The position numbers and the translations under genes were made by a program. Positions 18,263 through 27,811 of a DNA stretch of 64,000 nt are shown piece after piece. Numbering within the stretch: position 1 is the first letter of the stretch; each line of letters begins with the position of its first letter. Source of the DNA: an uncultured Bacilli bacterium (GTDB lineage: Bacteria; Bacillota_I; Bacilli_A; RF39; UBA660). The DNA lies in contig CAKOMQ010000001.1 in NCBI GenBank assembly GCA_934096715.1, forward strand, positions 40,611 to 104,610, read 5' to 3'. The notes below the pieces were generated by a model. It worked only from the letters and a program-made list of their open reading frames with translations, was not told the origin of the DNA and ran no database searches.

Positions 18263-18292
18263 AAAAAAATATTTCCCGGGAAATATTTTTTT
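18263..18292 (-). terminator. Intrinsic (bidirectional) terminator downstream of gyrA, built on NBS 7
   Basis: 30 bp perfect palindrome with a GC core, flanked by A and T runs on both sides. Begins 7 nt after the gyrA stop. Confidence 0.7.
18270..18285. promoter_or_regulatory. NBS-type palindrome 7 (perfect), core of the gyrA terminator hairpin
   Basis: Exact 16-mer inside the 30 bp perfect palindrome AAAAAAATATTTCCCGGGAAATATTTTTTT. Confidence 0.85.
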
Positions 18293-18298
18293 AATAAA

Positions 18299-20758
18299 TT
18301 ATTTATCTGGAGTAGAATTTTCATTATCAACAGAAACAAATTCATCTTCTTCAACTAAACTAACAGTAGCTACTTTTTGATCGTCTTTTAAATTAATTAA
18401 CCTTAATCCTTGTGTTGCACGACCAAGTGTTGATATTTGACTTAAAGGCATCTTCATTGTCATACCAGTATTACTCATAAGAATAACATCCATGTTATCA
18501 GCTACTACTTTAATATCAATCAACATACCATTTTTTTCAGTAACATTAAGAGCTTTTACTCCCTTACTACCACGCTTAGTTTGCCTAAATTCAGAAACAT
18601 TAGTAATTTTACCATAACCTTTTTCAGTGACAATTAAAATTTTATTATCTTCATTAACAACTTCAGAACAAATAGTAATACCACCATCATTGTTTATACC
18701 GCGAACTCCAGAAGCAGTTCTACCCATAGGTCTTATATCTTGTTCATCAAATTTAACTACTTTACCAGAACTAGAACCGAGCAATATAAGATCATTATCG
18801 TTTATCTTCTTAACTCCTATTAATTCATCATTTTCTTTTAAATTAATACAAATTTTACCAGATTTACGAATACTATCAAACTCACTTATTGGAGTCTTTT
18901 TAACAATACCCTTTTTAGTAGCCATAAACAAATATTTGAATTTTTCTTCTCTATCAATACAAATAATTGAATTTATGTTTTCATCTTTCTCAATTTGTAA
19001 TAAATTGATAATAGGAATACCCTTAGATGTTCTACTAAATTCAGGAATTTCATATCCTTTTATACGATATACCTTACCTTTATTAGTAAAGAATAAAACA
19101 TGATCATGCGTACAAATATTTAGAATTTTATCCACCGCATCTTCATTATTAGTAGTTAATCCTTTTACGCCTACTCCTCCACGATTTTGAGTTCTAAATG
19201 TATCATTAGGAACTCTCTTGATATAATTATTTTTAGTTAACATAATCATACAATTTTCTTCAGGAATAAGTGATTCATCTTCAATATATTCAACAGCAGT
19301 CATATCGATTTTAGTTCTTCTATCATCAGCATATTTATCCTTAATTTCAGTTAATTCAGCTTTTATTATGCCATAAACTCTTTCATCAGAAGCTAAAATA
19401 GCACGTAAATCTTGAATTTTTTCTAGTAATTCATTAAGTTCATTCTCTATTTTGTCTCTTTCTAATCCAGTTAATCTTCTTAACTTCATCTCTAAAATTG
19501 CATCAGATTGAAGTTCACTTAATCCAAAGTTTTCCATCAAGCCTTTTTTAGCTACATCATCTGTTTTAGATGCTCTAATAAGCTTAATTACCTCATCAAT
19601 ATGATCTAAAGCAATCTTTAACCCCTCTAATATATGAACTCTTTTTTCTGCTTTGTCTAGCTCAAATCTCGTTCTTCTAATAACTATTTCTTTTTGATAT
19701 TCAATGTACTTAGCAATAATATCTTTTAATCCTAATGTCTTAGGAACACCTTTATCAAGCATTAAGAATATAATACCAAAATTATTTTGAAACTGAGTAT
19801 GTTTATACAAATTATTTAAAACAACTTGTGGATTAGCATCCTTTTTTAATGTAATAGTAATTTTAATACCTGTTTTAAGATCGGTATGATAATCAGCAAT
19901 TCCATCTATAGTCTTATTATGAACTAACTCAGCAACTTTATTTTTAAGATCCATAGTATTAATTCCATATGGAACTTCATCTATTATAATATAGTGTTTA
20001 CCATTCTTTTCTTCAATAGTTGCTTTACTTCTTATAGTAATAGATCCACGACCTGTTTCATAAGCTTTTTTAATACCACTATTTCCAAGAATAATGCCCC
20101 CGGTAGGAAAATCAGGACCTTTTATGTATTGCATTAATTCTGCAACAGTAATATTAGGATTATCAATATAATGAATACAGCCATCAATGACTTCTCCTAA
20201 ATTATGTGGTGGTATATTAGTAGCCATACCAACAGCAATACCCATAGTACCGTTAACCAAAATATTTGGATACCTAGATGGTAAAATAGATGGTTCTTTC
20301 TCATTTTCATCAAAATTTGGTACAAAATCGACTGTGTCTTTATTAATATCTCTTAATAACTCCAAAGAAATCTTTGAAAGTCTAGATTCGGTATAACGCA
20401 TCGCTGCTGCACCATAACCTTCAATATTACCAAAGTTACCATGTCCATCAACTAACATGTATCTATAACTAAAATCTTGAGCCATTCTCACCATAGCTTC
20501 GTATATTGAACTATCTCCATGTGGATGATATTTACCCATTACATCTCCGACAATACGTGCCGATTTACGATGTGGTTTATCAGGTGTATATCCTGATTCA
20601 TACATAGACCATAATATTCTTCTATGAACTGGTTTTAAACCATCTCTTAAATCAGGAAGAGCACGTGATATGATAACACTCATTGAATAGTCAAGAAATG
20701 ATGTTTCAATTTCATTAACTATATTATTTTCTTCTAATCTATCCTTACTGTGATCCAT
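18299..20758 (-). CDS. gyrA: DNA gyrase subunit A
   Basis: 819 aa. Active-site motif AAMRYTE, C-terminal beta-pinwheel repeats. Confidence 0.97.
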   Translation of the reverse strand: MDHSKDRLEENNIVNEIETSFLDYSMSVIISRALPDLRDGLKPVHRRILWSMYESGYTPDKPHRKSARIVGDVMGKYHPHGDSSIYEAMVRMAQDFSYRYMLVDGHGNFGNIEGYGAAAMRYTESRLSKISLELLRDINKDTVDFVPNFDENEKEPSILPSRYPNILVNGTMGIAVGMATNIPPHNLGEVIDGCIHYIDNPNITVAELMQYIKGPDFPTGGIILGNSGIKKAYETGRGSITIRSKATIEEKNGKHYIIIDEVPYGINTMDLKNKVAELVHNKTIDGIADYHTDLKTGIKITITLKKDANPQVVLNNLYKHTQFQNNFGIIFLMLDKGVPKTLGLKDIIAKYIEYQKEIVIRRTRFELDKAEKRVHILEGLKIALDHIDEVIKLIRASKTDDVAKKGLMENFGLSELQSDAILEMKLRRLTGLERDKIENELNELLEKIQDLRAILASDERVYGIIKAELTEIKDKYADDRRTKIDMTAVEYIEDESLIPEENCMIMLTKNNYIKRVPNDTFRTQNRGGVGVKGLTTNNEDAVDKILNICTHDHVLFFTNKGKVYRIKGYEIPEFSRTSKGIPIINLLQIEKDENINSIICIDREEKFKYLFMATKKGIVKKTPISEFDSIRKSGKICINLKENDELIGVKKINDNDLILLGSSSGKVVKFDEQDIRPMGRTASGVRGINNDGGITICSEVVNEDNKILIVTEKGYGKITNVSEFRQTKRGSKGVKALNVTEKNGMLIDIKVVADNMDVILMSNTGMTMKMPLSQISTLGRATQGLRLINLKDDQKVATVSLVEEDEFVSVDNENSTPDK

Positions 20759-20769
20759 ATTTTACCTCC

Positions 20770-22686
20770 CTATATATCTATATTTTGAGCATATGTTGCA
20801 TTCGTTTCAATAAACTGTCTTCTTGGTTCAACTTCTTCGCCCATTAACCTAGAGAATGCTTCATCTGCAGCAATAGTATCTTCAACAGTTATTTTTCTTA
20901 AAACTCTAGTATTAATATCCATTGTAGTTTCATTTAATTCTTCTGGATCCATTTCACCTAAACCTTTCATACGAGTTATTTCATATTTAGTATTAGGGTT
21001 TAAAGAAGCTACATAAGCGTCCCTTTCTTCAGTATTTAAAACGTATTTTATAATTTTACCGTGCTTTATACAAAATAAAGGTGGCTGAGCTGCATACACA
21101 TGACCTGCTTCAACTATGGGTCTAAAAAAACGATAGAATAATGTTAATAATAATACTCTAATATGTGAACCATCTACATCGGCATCGGTCATTATTATAA
21201 TTTTATGATAACGCAATTTAGATAAATCAAATTCATTTCCTATACCTGTACCAAAAGCAGTAATTATAGTTCTTATTTCTTCATTAGAAAGAGCTTTATC
21301 TAATCTTGCCTTCTCTACATTAAGTATTTTACCTCGTAATGGAAGTATTGCTTGTGTCATTGAGTTTCTACCTTTAATAGCAGACCCACCAGCACTATCT
21401 CCTTCGACTAAGAACACTTCACATACTGATGAATCTTTTTCTTTACAATCAACAAGTTTACCACCAAAATTAACAATGTCTAAATCACTTTTTCTTCTAG
21501 TTAATTCTCTAGCTTTTTTAGCAGCAACTCTTGCTCTAGCAGCTGTCATTGTTTTATCTACAATAATTCTAGCTTCGTCTGGATTTTCCATTAAGAATCT
21601 TTCAAACCCTTTAGAAAATACACTATCAGCAAGTTTTCTAACTTCTGAATTGCCAAGTCTTCCTTTAGTTTGTCCTTCAAATTGTGGATTTGGATGCTTA
21701 CAAGAAATAATCATAGTTAAACCTTCTTTAACATCTTCACTAGTTAAAGAATCATCTTTTTCTTTTAAAATATTATTTTTTCTAGCATAATTATTAATTA
21801 TTCTTGTTAAAGCTCTTTTTACACCCTCTTCATGTGTACCACCATCATGAGTATTAATATTATTAACAAAAGAATAAATACTTTCTTGATAACCGGTATT
21901 ATACTGCATAGCAACTTCAAAAATAATTCCTTCTTCTTCACCTTCTAAATGAATAATATTATCATGAATAGGAGTTTTATTTTTATTTAAGTACTTAACA
22001 TACTCACTAATACCACCTTCATAAATGAACTCTTCTTTTTTTTCTTCTTCTCCACGTTTATCAGTTAAAGTTAATTTTAATCCTTTATTTAAAAACGCTA
22101 ATTCTCTTGTACGAACTTTTAAAGTGTCATAATCATAAATATCTGTATCAAATATTTCTTCATCGGGTTTAAATGTAACTGTAGTACCAGAACTTAAACT
22201 ATCGCATTCTCCTATAACGGTAAGCTGTTGAATGGTTTTACCACCATTAGCAAATTTTGCTTCATAAATACTACCATTTTTACAAACTGTAACAGTAACC
22301 CACTTAGATAATGCATTTACAACACTTGCACCAACACCATGAAGCCCTCCACTAACTTTATATCCGCCACCGCCGAATTTTCCGCCAGCATGCAACACAG
22401 TATAAACTGTTTCAACAGTTGATATTCCTGTTTTAGGATGTACTCCTACTGGAATACCACGGCCATTATCTTTAACAGTAACTGAATTATCTGAATTAAT
22501 TATAATATCAATTTTATCACAATATCCAGCCAAAGCTTCATCTATTGAATTATCTACTATTTCCCACACTAAATGATGTAATCCTTTAACATCTGTTGTG
22601 CCAATATACATTCCCGGTCTTTTTCTAACAGCTTCTAAACCTTCTAAAACTTGAATATCACTTTCATTATAATGATTTTCGTTCAT
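20770..22686 (-). CDS. gyrB: DNA gyrase subunit B
   Basis: 638 aa. GHKL ATPase, Toprim [19 protein letters not shown]. Confidence 0.97.
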   Translation of the reverse strand: MNENHYNESDIQVLEGLEAVRKRPGMYIGTTDVKGLHHLVWEIVDNSIDEALAGYCDKIDIIINSDNSVTVKDNGRGIPVGVHPKTGISTVETVYTVLHAGGKFGGGGYKVSGGLHGVGASVVNALSKWVTVTVCKNGSIYEAKFANGGKTIQQLTVIGECDSLSSGTTVTFKPDEEIFDTDIYDYDTLKVRTRELAFLNKGLKLTLTDKRGEEEKKEEFIYEGGISEYVKYLNKNKTPIHDNIIHLEGEEEGIIFEVAMQYNTGYQESIYSFVNNINTHDGGTHEEGVKRALTRIINNYARKNNILKEKDDSLTSEDVKEGLTMIISCKHPNPQFEGQTKGRLGNSEVRKLADSVFSKGFERFLMENPDEARIIVDKTMTAARARVAAKKARELTRRKSDLDIVNFGGKLVDCKEKDSSVCEVFLVEGDSAGGSAIKGRNSMTQAILPLRGKILNVEKARLDKALSNEEIRTIITAFGTGIGNEFDLSKLRYHKIIIMTDADVDGSHIRVLLLTLFYRFFRPIVEAGHVYAAQPPLFCIKHGKIIKYVLNTEERDAYVASLNPNTKYEITRMKGLGEMDPEELNETTMDINTRVLRKITVEDTIAADEAFSRLMGEEVEPRRQFIETNATYAQNIDI

Positions 22687-23777
22687 TATTTTACCTCCTC
22701 AATTATACCTTGTTTAACTCTAAATATCTTAGAATCTTCTCTTAATCTTCTATTAACTCTTTCTATTTCTGTCGTTGTAATAAACGTTTGAATATCTGAA
22801 TTTAAAAGATTAATAATATTTTTTACCTTCGATTTATCTAATTCACTAAAAACATCATCTAATATAAGAATTGGTGTTTCATTATTTAATTTTCTAAATA
22901 TCTCTATCTCTGATAGTTTAAAAGAAAATATAGCATTTTTTTGTTCTCCAATACTGCCCCAATCTCTAATATTATTTCCATTTAAGATAAAATCAATATC
23001 GTCATGTTGTATTCCAAAATTAGTTTTACCTGTATTTATATCATATTTTAACTTACTTTCATAAACTTTTAAAAGCTCATCGTGTGACTTATTATTAAAG
23101 GAAGAAACATAATTAACTTTTAATTCTCCAACTTCAAAGATATTCTTATAAATATCAGAAATATAATCATTAATCATATCAATAAATTTTTCTCTTTTAT
23201 TGTTAATAAGTAAGCCATATTCAACTAATTTATTAGTTAAAATATTTAAATAATCAATACTTAAAGTACTATTAATCATCATTTCTCTTAAATAAAAATT
23301 TCTTTGTTTTAAAATTCTATTATAATTACTTAAAAGTACCAAATAAGAATTATCCAACTGACTAATTTCAATATCAAGTAACTTTCTCCTAATATTTGGT
23401 GCCGATTTAAATATCATTTGATCTTCTGGCTGAAATAATATAAGATTAATATTTGATATATAATCACTAACTTTAGAACACAACTTTTTATTAATTTTAG
23501 CTTTCTTAACAGAATCATTTAAAACAATCTGGTAAGTATTTTTATACTTAGATACAACCTTTCCTTCAATTTTTGTACAATTTTTACCCTTCATAATAAT
23601 ATTAGTATCATCTTTCACCCTAAAAGACTTAGTCATTCCTAAAACATACAAAGCTTCAACTATATTAGTTTTACCACTACCATTTTTACCATAAATAATG
23701 TTAATCTTTGGCGAAAATTTAAGTTGTACAGATTCATAATTTCTAAAATTTTGCATTTTGATAGAATCAATTGTCAT
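22686..23777 (-). CDS. recF: DNA replication and repair protein RecF
   Basis: 363 aa. Walker [10 protein letters not shown], Walker [13 protein letters not shown]. Confidence 0.95.
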   Translation of the reverse strand: MTIDSIKMQNFRNYESVQLKFSPKINIIYGKNGSGKTNIVEALYVLGMTKSFRVKDDTNIIMKGKNCTKIEGKVVSKYKNTYQIVLNDSVKKAKINKKLCSKVSDYISNINLILFQPEDQMIFKSAPNIRRKLLDIEISQLDNSYLVLLSNYNRILKQRNFYLREMMINSTLSIDYLNILTNKLVEYGLLINNKREKFIDMINDYISDIYKNIFEVGELKVNYVSSFNNKSHDELLKVYESKLKYDINTGKTNFGIQHDDIDFILNGNNIRDWGSIGEQKNAIFSFKLSEIEIFRKLNNETPILILDDVFSELDKSKVKNIINLLNSDIQTFITTTEIERVNRRLREDSKIFRVKQGIIEEVK

Positions 23778-23868
23778 AATATAGCCTTTCTAGTGTATTT
23801 TAAACAAATTATAGTATAAAAGGTATACCTATACATACATATATATTATAACATAAATAGGCCATATA

Positions 23869-24315
23869 TTAAAGAAATTTCAACTTAAAATTATTATTTA
23901 CAATATTTTTTAAAAGAACACATTTAATTATCAAATGATAAAATGAATTAAGTGAAATATTTAACATTATGTCAAAATCATTAGATAATTTAACCACTAA
24001 ATAATCATTATTTTTGTTGATATTTACTATCTTATCAACATTTATTAAAATAAACTCATTATTACGTATACTACCAATACATATAAATATCTTATTGTTA
24101 TCAATAAAAATTGGGTTTTTATATTTAGAATCTAACACTTTATTAACAAACTCTTTTCTACCTTTAAAACTACTACCATAAACTATACAACTATTATCTA
24201 AAATCTTAGTTATCTTTGTATTAGTATTAATTAATCTATTAGTCTCTCTAATAATTATTTTATTTTCATCTTTTTTTAAATACAATGTGTCTTCATTAAC
24301 AATATATTTTTCCAT
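23869..24315 (-). CDS. comK: ComK-family competence transcription factor
   Basis: ILDNSCIVYGSSFKGRKEFVNKVLDSKYKNPIFID..ISLNSFYHL aligns with B. subtilis ComK IVDRSCRFFGSSYAGRKAGTYEV..HKPPIMVD..ISYNSFENQ (recalled from memory). Start set at ATG 24315 behind GGGGGA. The ORF-track extension to 24369 is hydrophobic junk. Confidence 0.7.
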   Translation of the reverse strand: MEKYIVNEDTLYLKKDENKIIIRETNRLINTNTKITKILDNSCIVYGSSFKGRKEFVNKVLDSKYKNPIFIDNNKIFICIGSIRNNEFILINVDKIVNINKNNDYLVVKLSNDFDIMLNISLNSFYHLIIKCVLLKNIVNNNFKLKFL

Positions 24316-24400
24316 ATTATTCCCCCGTGAGTAACTACTATAACAAATTAAGATTAAAAAAATTGTCAAAAAAAATATTAAATAACCAAATTTAATATTT

Positions 24401-25522
24401 TTAATAAGTTTTAACAGGTAAAATAAGTCCTAATGTTGAATCATCCTTTAAAGATTTAATTAAAATAGGTTTATCATCTGCATTTAATAATATAATTAAA
24501 TCATTATCTTTAAATACTTTTAGTGCGTCAAGCATATATTTAGAAGAAAAAGCAATATCTAAGTATTCATCACAAGAACTTTCAATCATTAATTTTTCTT
24601 CAGTTTTACCAAGTTCATTAGAACTAGTAGATAAAATCATTTCTTTTCCATTAACAACCATTTTAACAATGTTTTTATCCTTATTTTGAGCAAGAATAGT
24701 AGCTCTATCTACAGCAGCATTAAATGTATTTAAATCAATATTAATAACATATTTAAATTCGTTAGGAATAAAATGAGAAGTATCTGGATAAGTACCACTT
24801 AATAAATTAGTTTGAATTTCAATATTTTTAAATACTATTATTAATTTATTATTAAATATATGAAGTACTATTTCATCTTCTTCATCAGAAAGAATCTTTT
24901 CTATCTCCAAAACACTTTTACCTGGAATAACAATATTAACGATGTTTTCAACAATTCTATCTAATTTAACATTCATTTTAGCTAATCTATAAGAATCAGT
25001 AGCAATACATTCTAAATTATCTCCAGTTATCTTTAAATTTAGACCAGTAAGTAAAGGTCTTACTTCTTGATTACTAATAGCATAAGAAGTATTATTAATA
25101 ATATGTTTTAATAAAGAAGATTTCATTGGTACAGGTTCTTTACCTTCTTCAAATAATACATTAGGATAATCACTAACATCATAGCAATTAAGTTCATACT
25201 CATTAAAATCACTAGATATCTTTATATTATTATTGTTAATAACTTCAAAATTAATAACATTTGTAGGCATCTTTCTTATAATATCTAATATATATTTGCT
25301 TTGTATTACTACAGATCCTGTACTTTCAATTTTAGTAATCTTTTTTTCTTCAATGAAAATCTTAATAGTTAATTCTGAATCTGTAGCTGTTAGATATAAT
25401 CCATCATTTTTTAGTTCAAACTTAATTCCATTTAATATAGGAATAGTAGTTCTAGTACTTATAGCACGTGATACATTAATTATCGCATCTAATAAAATAT
25501 TTTTCTCAATAACAAATTTCAT
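24401..25522 (-). CDS. dnaN: DNA polymerase III beta sliding clamp
   Basis: 373 aa. Position after dnaA, typical three-domain length. Confidence 0.95.
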   Translation of the reverse strand: MKFVIEKNILLDAIINVSRAISTRTTIPILNGIKFELKNDGLYLTATDSELTIKIFIEEKKITKIESTGSVVIQSKYILDIIRKMPTNVINFEVINNNNIKISSDFNEYELNCYDVSDYPNVLFEEGKEPVPMKSSLLKHIINNTSYAISNQEVRPLLTGLNLKITGDNLECIATDSYRLAKMNVKLDRIVENIVNIVIPGKSVLEIEKILSDEEDEIVLHIFNNKLIIVFKNIEIQTNLLSGTYPDTSHFIPNEFKYVINIDLNTFNAAVDRATILAQNKDKNIVKMVVNGKEMILSTSSNELGKTEEKLMIESSCDEYLDIAFSSKYMLDALKVFKDNDLIILLNADDKPILIKSLKDDSTLGLILPVKTY

Positions 25523-25559
25523 TTTATACCTTCTTTCTTTTTAATTAATATTTATTGTT

Positions 25560-25637
25560 ATTATAGTGTTGATAATGTTGATAAGTTATATTATTTCCTT
25601 TATTTATGTGTTAAAAACTATATTTTTATTAACAATT
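25560..25637. promoter_or_regulatory. oriC part 2: DnaA-box cluster in the dnaA-dnaN spacer
   Basis: Abutting TGTTGATAA TGTTGATAA (25567-25584, reverse complement TTATCAACA) and TTATTAACA (25626-25634) in AT-rich DNA. Confidence 0.65.
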
Positions 25638-26993
25638 TTACAACTTTGCTTTAATTTCTTTCAACGTATTATTCAAAAGATCATTATTTGTTAAATCTTT
25701 TTTTATTTTCTCACAACTTGCTACTACCGTCGAATGATCTCTTCCGCCAAATTCTAAACCTATTTTAGCCAAATTTTCATCAGTTTCAATTCTACAGAGA
25801 TACATTGCTATATGTCTTGGTTTTGCAATATTATTACTTCTCTTTTTGCTTTTCAAATCTTCAACTGTTATTTTATAATAATCAGCTACTACTCTTTGAA
25901 TATGTGAAATAGTATTTTCTTGATAAATATTAGTATTTAAATAATCATTTAATGCTTCAACCGCAAAGTCTAAATCAATTCTATCGGGTAAATTTAAAGC
26001 TGTATATACAAGCAATCTATTTATAGTACCAAAAATATGTCTTATATCGGTAGTAGAAGCATTTGCAATGTATTCAATAACATCCTTATTAACTCTATCT
26101 TTTATACTTGAATTATTAATTTTTTGTTTTATTAGTTCACATCTTAGTTCAAAGTCTGGTGGATAAATATCTACTGGTAATCCCCATGTAAATCTACTTC
26201 TAAGTCTCTCTTCAATCTTTTTTAAATCATCTGGAGATCTATCACTAGATATAATTATCTGTTTATTAGCTTGATGTAAAGCATTAAAAGTATGAAAAAA
26301 TTCTTGTTGAGTAAGCTCAGCCCCTACCAAAAATTGAATATCATCTATTATTAATACATCAACATTACGATATTTACTTTTGAAGTTATTCGCATAGTTG
26401 ATTGACTGTGTTCCTTTCTCAATTTTAGATATATTTGAAAATTCCGATACATAATCATTACTTGTTGTATACAAAACTTTTTTATTAGAGTGTTCTGTAA
26501 TATAATTTCCAATTGCATGCATTAGATGAGTTTTTCCAACCCCACTTCTACCATAAATAAAAAGTGGATTATGTATTGTGCCCGGTGTTTGAGCAACATT
26601 CATTGCAGATACAAATGCGAGTCGATTGGACTCCCCAACTATAAAGTTATCAAAATTTAATTCAGGATTTAAGTTAGTATTCCACTCAACTATATTTTCT
26701 TCTTCTTCCTTTGTACTATTAAACTCTTCAATAGTATTAATTTCATCATTAGTTAAGAAATTAATTTCATAATTAATTCCTGTTAGCGAAAATAAAGTTT
26801 CTTCCATTAAATCTAAGTGACTAGTTAATGCAGTTTTATAAACTGGAATTGGAACCTTAATATTTATAACCTTATCATCCATTTTTAAAAGTTCAATATC
26901 CTTAAACCATATATTATAGGTAGTCGGATTTACTACTTTTTCAATTTCACTTAAAAAGACTTTAAAGATCTCATCTGTTTTCAAATCCACCAC
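25638..26993 (-). CDS. dnaA: Chromosomal replication initiator DnaA
   Basis: 451 aa. Walker A GRSGVGKTHL, C-terminal GGRDHSTV DNA-binding signature. GTG start. Confidence 0.97.
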   Translation of the reverse strand: MVDLKTDEIFKVFLSEIEKVVNPTTYNIWFKDIELLKMDDKVINIKVPIPVYKTALTSHLDLMEETLFSLTGINYEINFLTNDEINTIEEFNSTKEEEENIVEWNTNLNPELNFDNFIVGESNRLAFVSAMNVAQTPGTIHNPLFIYGRSGVGKTHLMHAIGNYITEHSNKKVLYTTSNDYVSEFSNISKIEKGTQSINYANNFKSKYRNVDVLIIDDIQFLVGAELTQQEFFHTFNALHQANKQIIISSDRSPDDLKKIEERLRSRFTWGLPVDIYPPDFELRCELIKQKINNSSIKDRVNKDVIEYIANASTTDIRHIFGTINRLLVYTALNLPDRIDLDFAVEALNDYLNTNIYQENTISHIQRVVADYYKITVEDLKSKKRSNNIAKPRHIAMYLCRIETDENLAKIGLEFGGRDHSTVVASCEKIKKDLTNNDLLNNTLKEIKAKL

Positions 26994-27054
26994 CCCACTT
27001 TGAACAAATTTATCTCAATTTAATTTTAACTTAATAACATTTTTTTTACAAGGA

Positions 27055-27225
27055 AAACTTTTATTAACACAGTTATTAACATACTTATCAACATATAAGT
27101 TCCTGTATCTATCTATGATAATTCAAGTTTTCAACATTTTCAACATTTTTTTGCCAAAATATCAAAGTTAATAAAATGTTACAACTATATTATAACGTTA
27201 AAAGTGTTGAAAAATTGTTTCTATC
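27055..27225. promoter_or_regulatory. oriC part 1: DnaA-box cluster between dnaA and rpmH
   Basis: TTATTAACA (27061, 27073), TTATCAACA (27085), abutting TTTTCAACA TTTTCAACA (27128-27145), inverted TGTTGAAAA (27215-27223). Confidence 0.7.
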
Positions 27226-27267
27226 CTTATTATATATATAAATCATAATGTCATAGTGCAGTTTTGC

Positions 27268-27297
27268 TTGACTATTCCCTAAAATTCATATTATAAT
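27268..27297 (+). promoter_or_regulatory. Sigma-A promoter for rpmH-rnpA
   Basis: -35 TTGACT (27268-27273), 18 nt spacer, -10 TATAAT (27292-27297). Confidence 0.65.
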
Positions 27298-27325
27298 AAT
27301 ATCGCTTACAGAAAGAGGTGTTAAA

Positions 27326-27439
27326 ATGAAAAGAACTTATCAACCAAATAAAAGAAGAAGAGCAAAAAAACATGGATTCTTTGCTCGTAAAGGAACAAAG
27401 ATTTTAAATAATCGTCGTAGAAAAGGTCGTAAGGAATTA
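27326..27439 (+). CDS. rpmH: 50S ribosomal protein L34 (3' end apparently frameshifted)
   Basis: Not in ORF track. RBS AGAGGTG. Translation is [37 protein letters not shown]-stop. The +1 frame from 27421 reads KGRKELIK-stop (to 27447), which matches the canonical L34 tail. Confidence 0.85.
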
Positions 27440-27469
27440 ATTAAATAATTTCTTGCGTGTTTTTTTAAT

Positions 27470-27811
27470 ATGAAAAAAAAAGATATAGTAAAAAACAATA
27501 TACTTTTTAACGATGTTATTAATAAAGGAGAAAAGATAAATACGAAGTATTTCGTTATTTGCAAAATGAAATATGATATTAAAAATTCTCTTTTTGGTGT
27601 AGCTGTTGGAAAAAAAATTGGTCAAGCTGTTACAAGAAATAAAATTAAACGACAAATTAGAAATATCATTGATAATAATAAATTATTATTCGAAGATGGA
27701 TATGTCTACATAATTATCGGAAAGAAATCCTGTCTTAATGCTGAATTTAATAAAATGAATAATAGTCTTTATGACTATCTATGTAAGGAGATAAAAAATA
27801 ATGAAAAATAG
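27470..27811 (+). CDS. rnpA: Ribonuclease P protein component
   Basis: 113 aa. KKIGQAVTRNKIKRQIR motif. Follows rpmH. Confidence 0.95.
   Translation: MKKKDIVKNNILFNDVINKGEKINTKYFVICKMKYDIKNSLFGVAVGKKIGQAVTRNKIKRQIRNIIDNNKLLFEDGYVYIIIGKKSCLNAEFNKMNNSLYDYLCKEIKNNEK

Larger units (their letters stand above)
16620..18290. repeat. Non-coding higher-order repeat array carrying interleaved parS, NBS and everted-NBS palindromes
   Basis: No ORF in any frame. Alternating short (about 312 bp) and long (about 421 bp) units give a period of about 733 bp (for example parS 16626 to 17361 and 16940 to 17672). Core module is parS, 46 bp, NBS, 46 bp, everted NBS. Confidence 0.95.

Noticed and set aside
16671-18285. 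Considered the TTTCCCGGGAAA palindromes to be nothing more than intrinsic terminators.
   Set aside because: This is not fully rejected, since copy 7 very likely terminates gyrA. However, seven identical copies match the NBS 16-mer exactly. They are phased with perfect parS sites, and most are not at gene ends. That is hard to explain by termination alone.
16620-18290. Considered whether the regularly spaced repeats form a CRISPR array.
   Set aside because: The repeats are three different short perfect palindromes (14-18 bp) rather than one 24-40 bp repeat. The spacers are themselves repeated with about 733 bp periodicity. There are no cas genes nearby.
16620-18290. Considered a decayed rRNA or tRNA locus, because B. 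subtilis has rrnO after gyrA.
   Set aside because: No stretch resembles conserved 16S, 23S, 5S or tRNA sequence. The region is almost pure AT apart from the palindromes.
27340-27655. Minus-strand ORFs 27340..27564 and 27437..27655.
   Set aside because: They are antisense to rpmH and rnpA, which are strongly supported by sequence and synteny.
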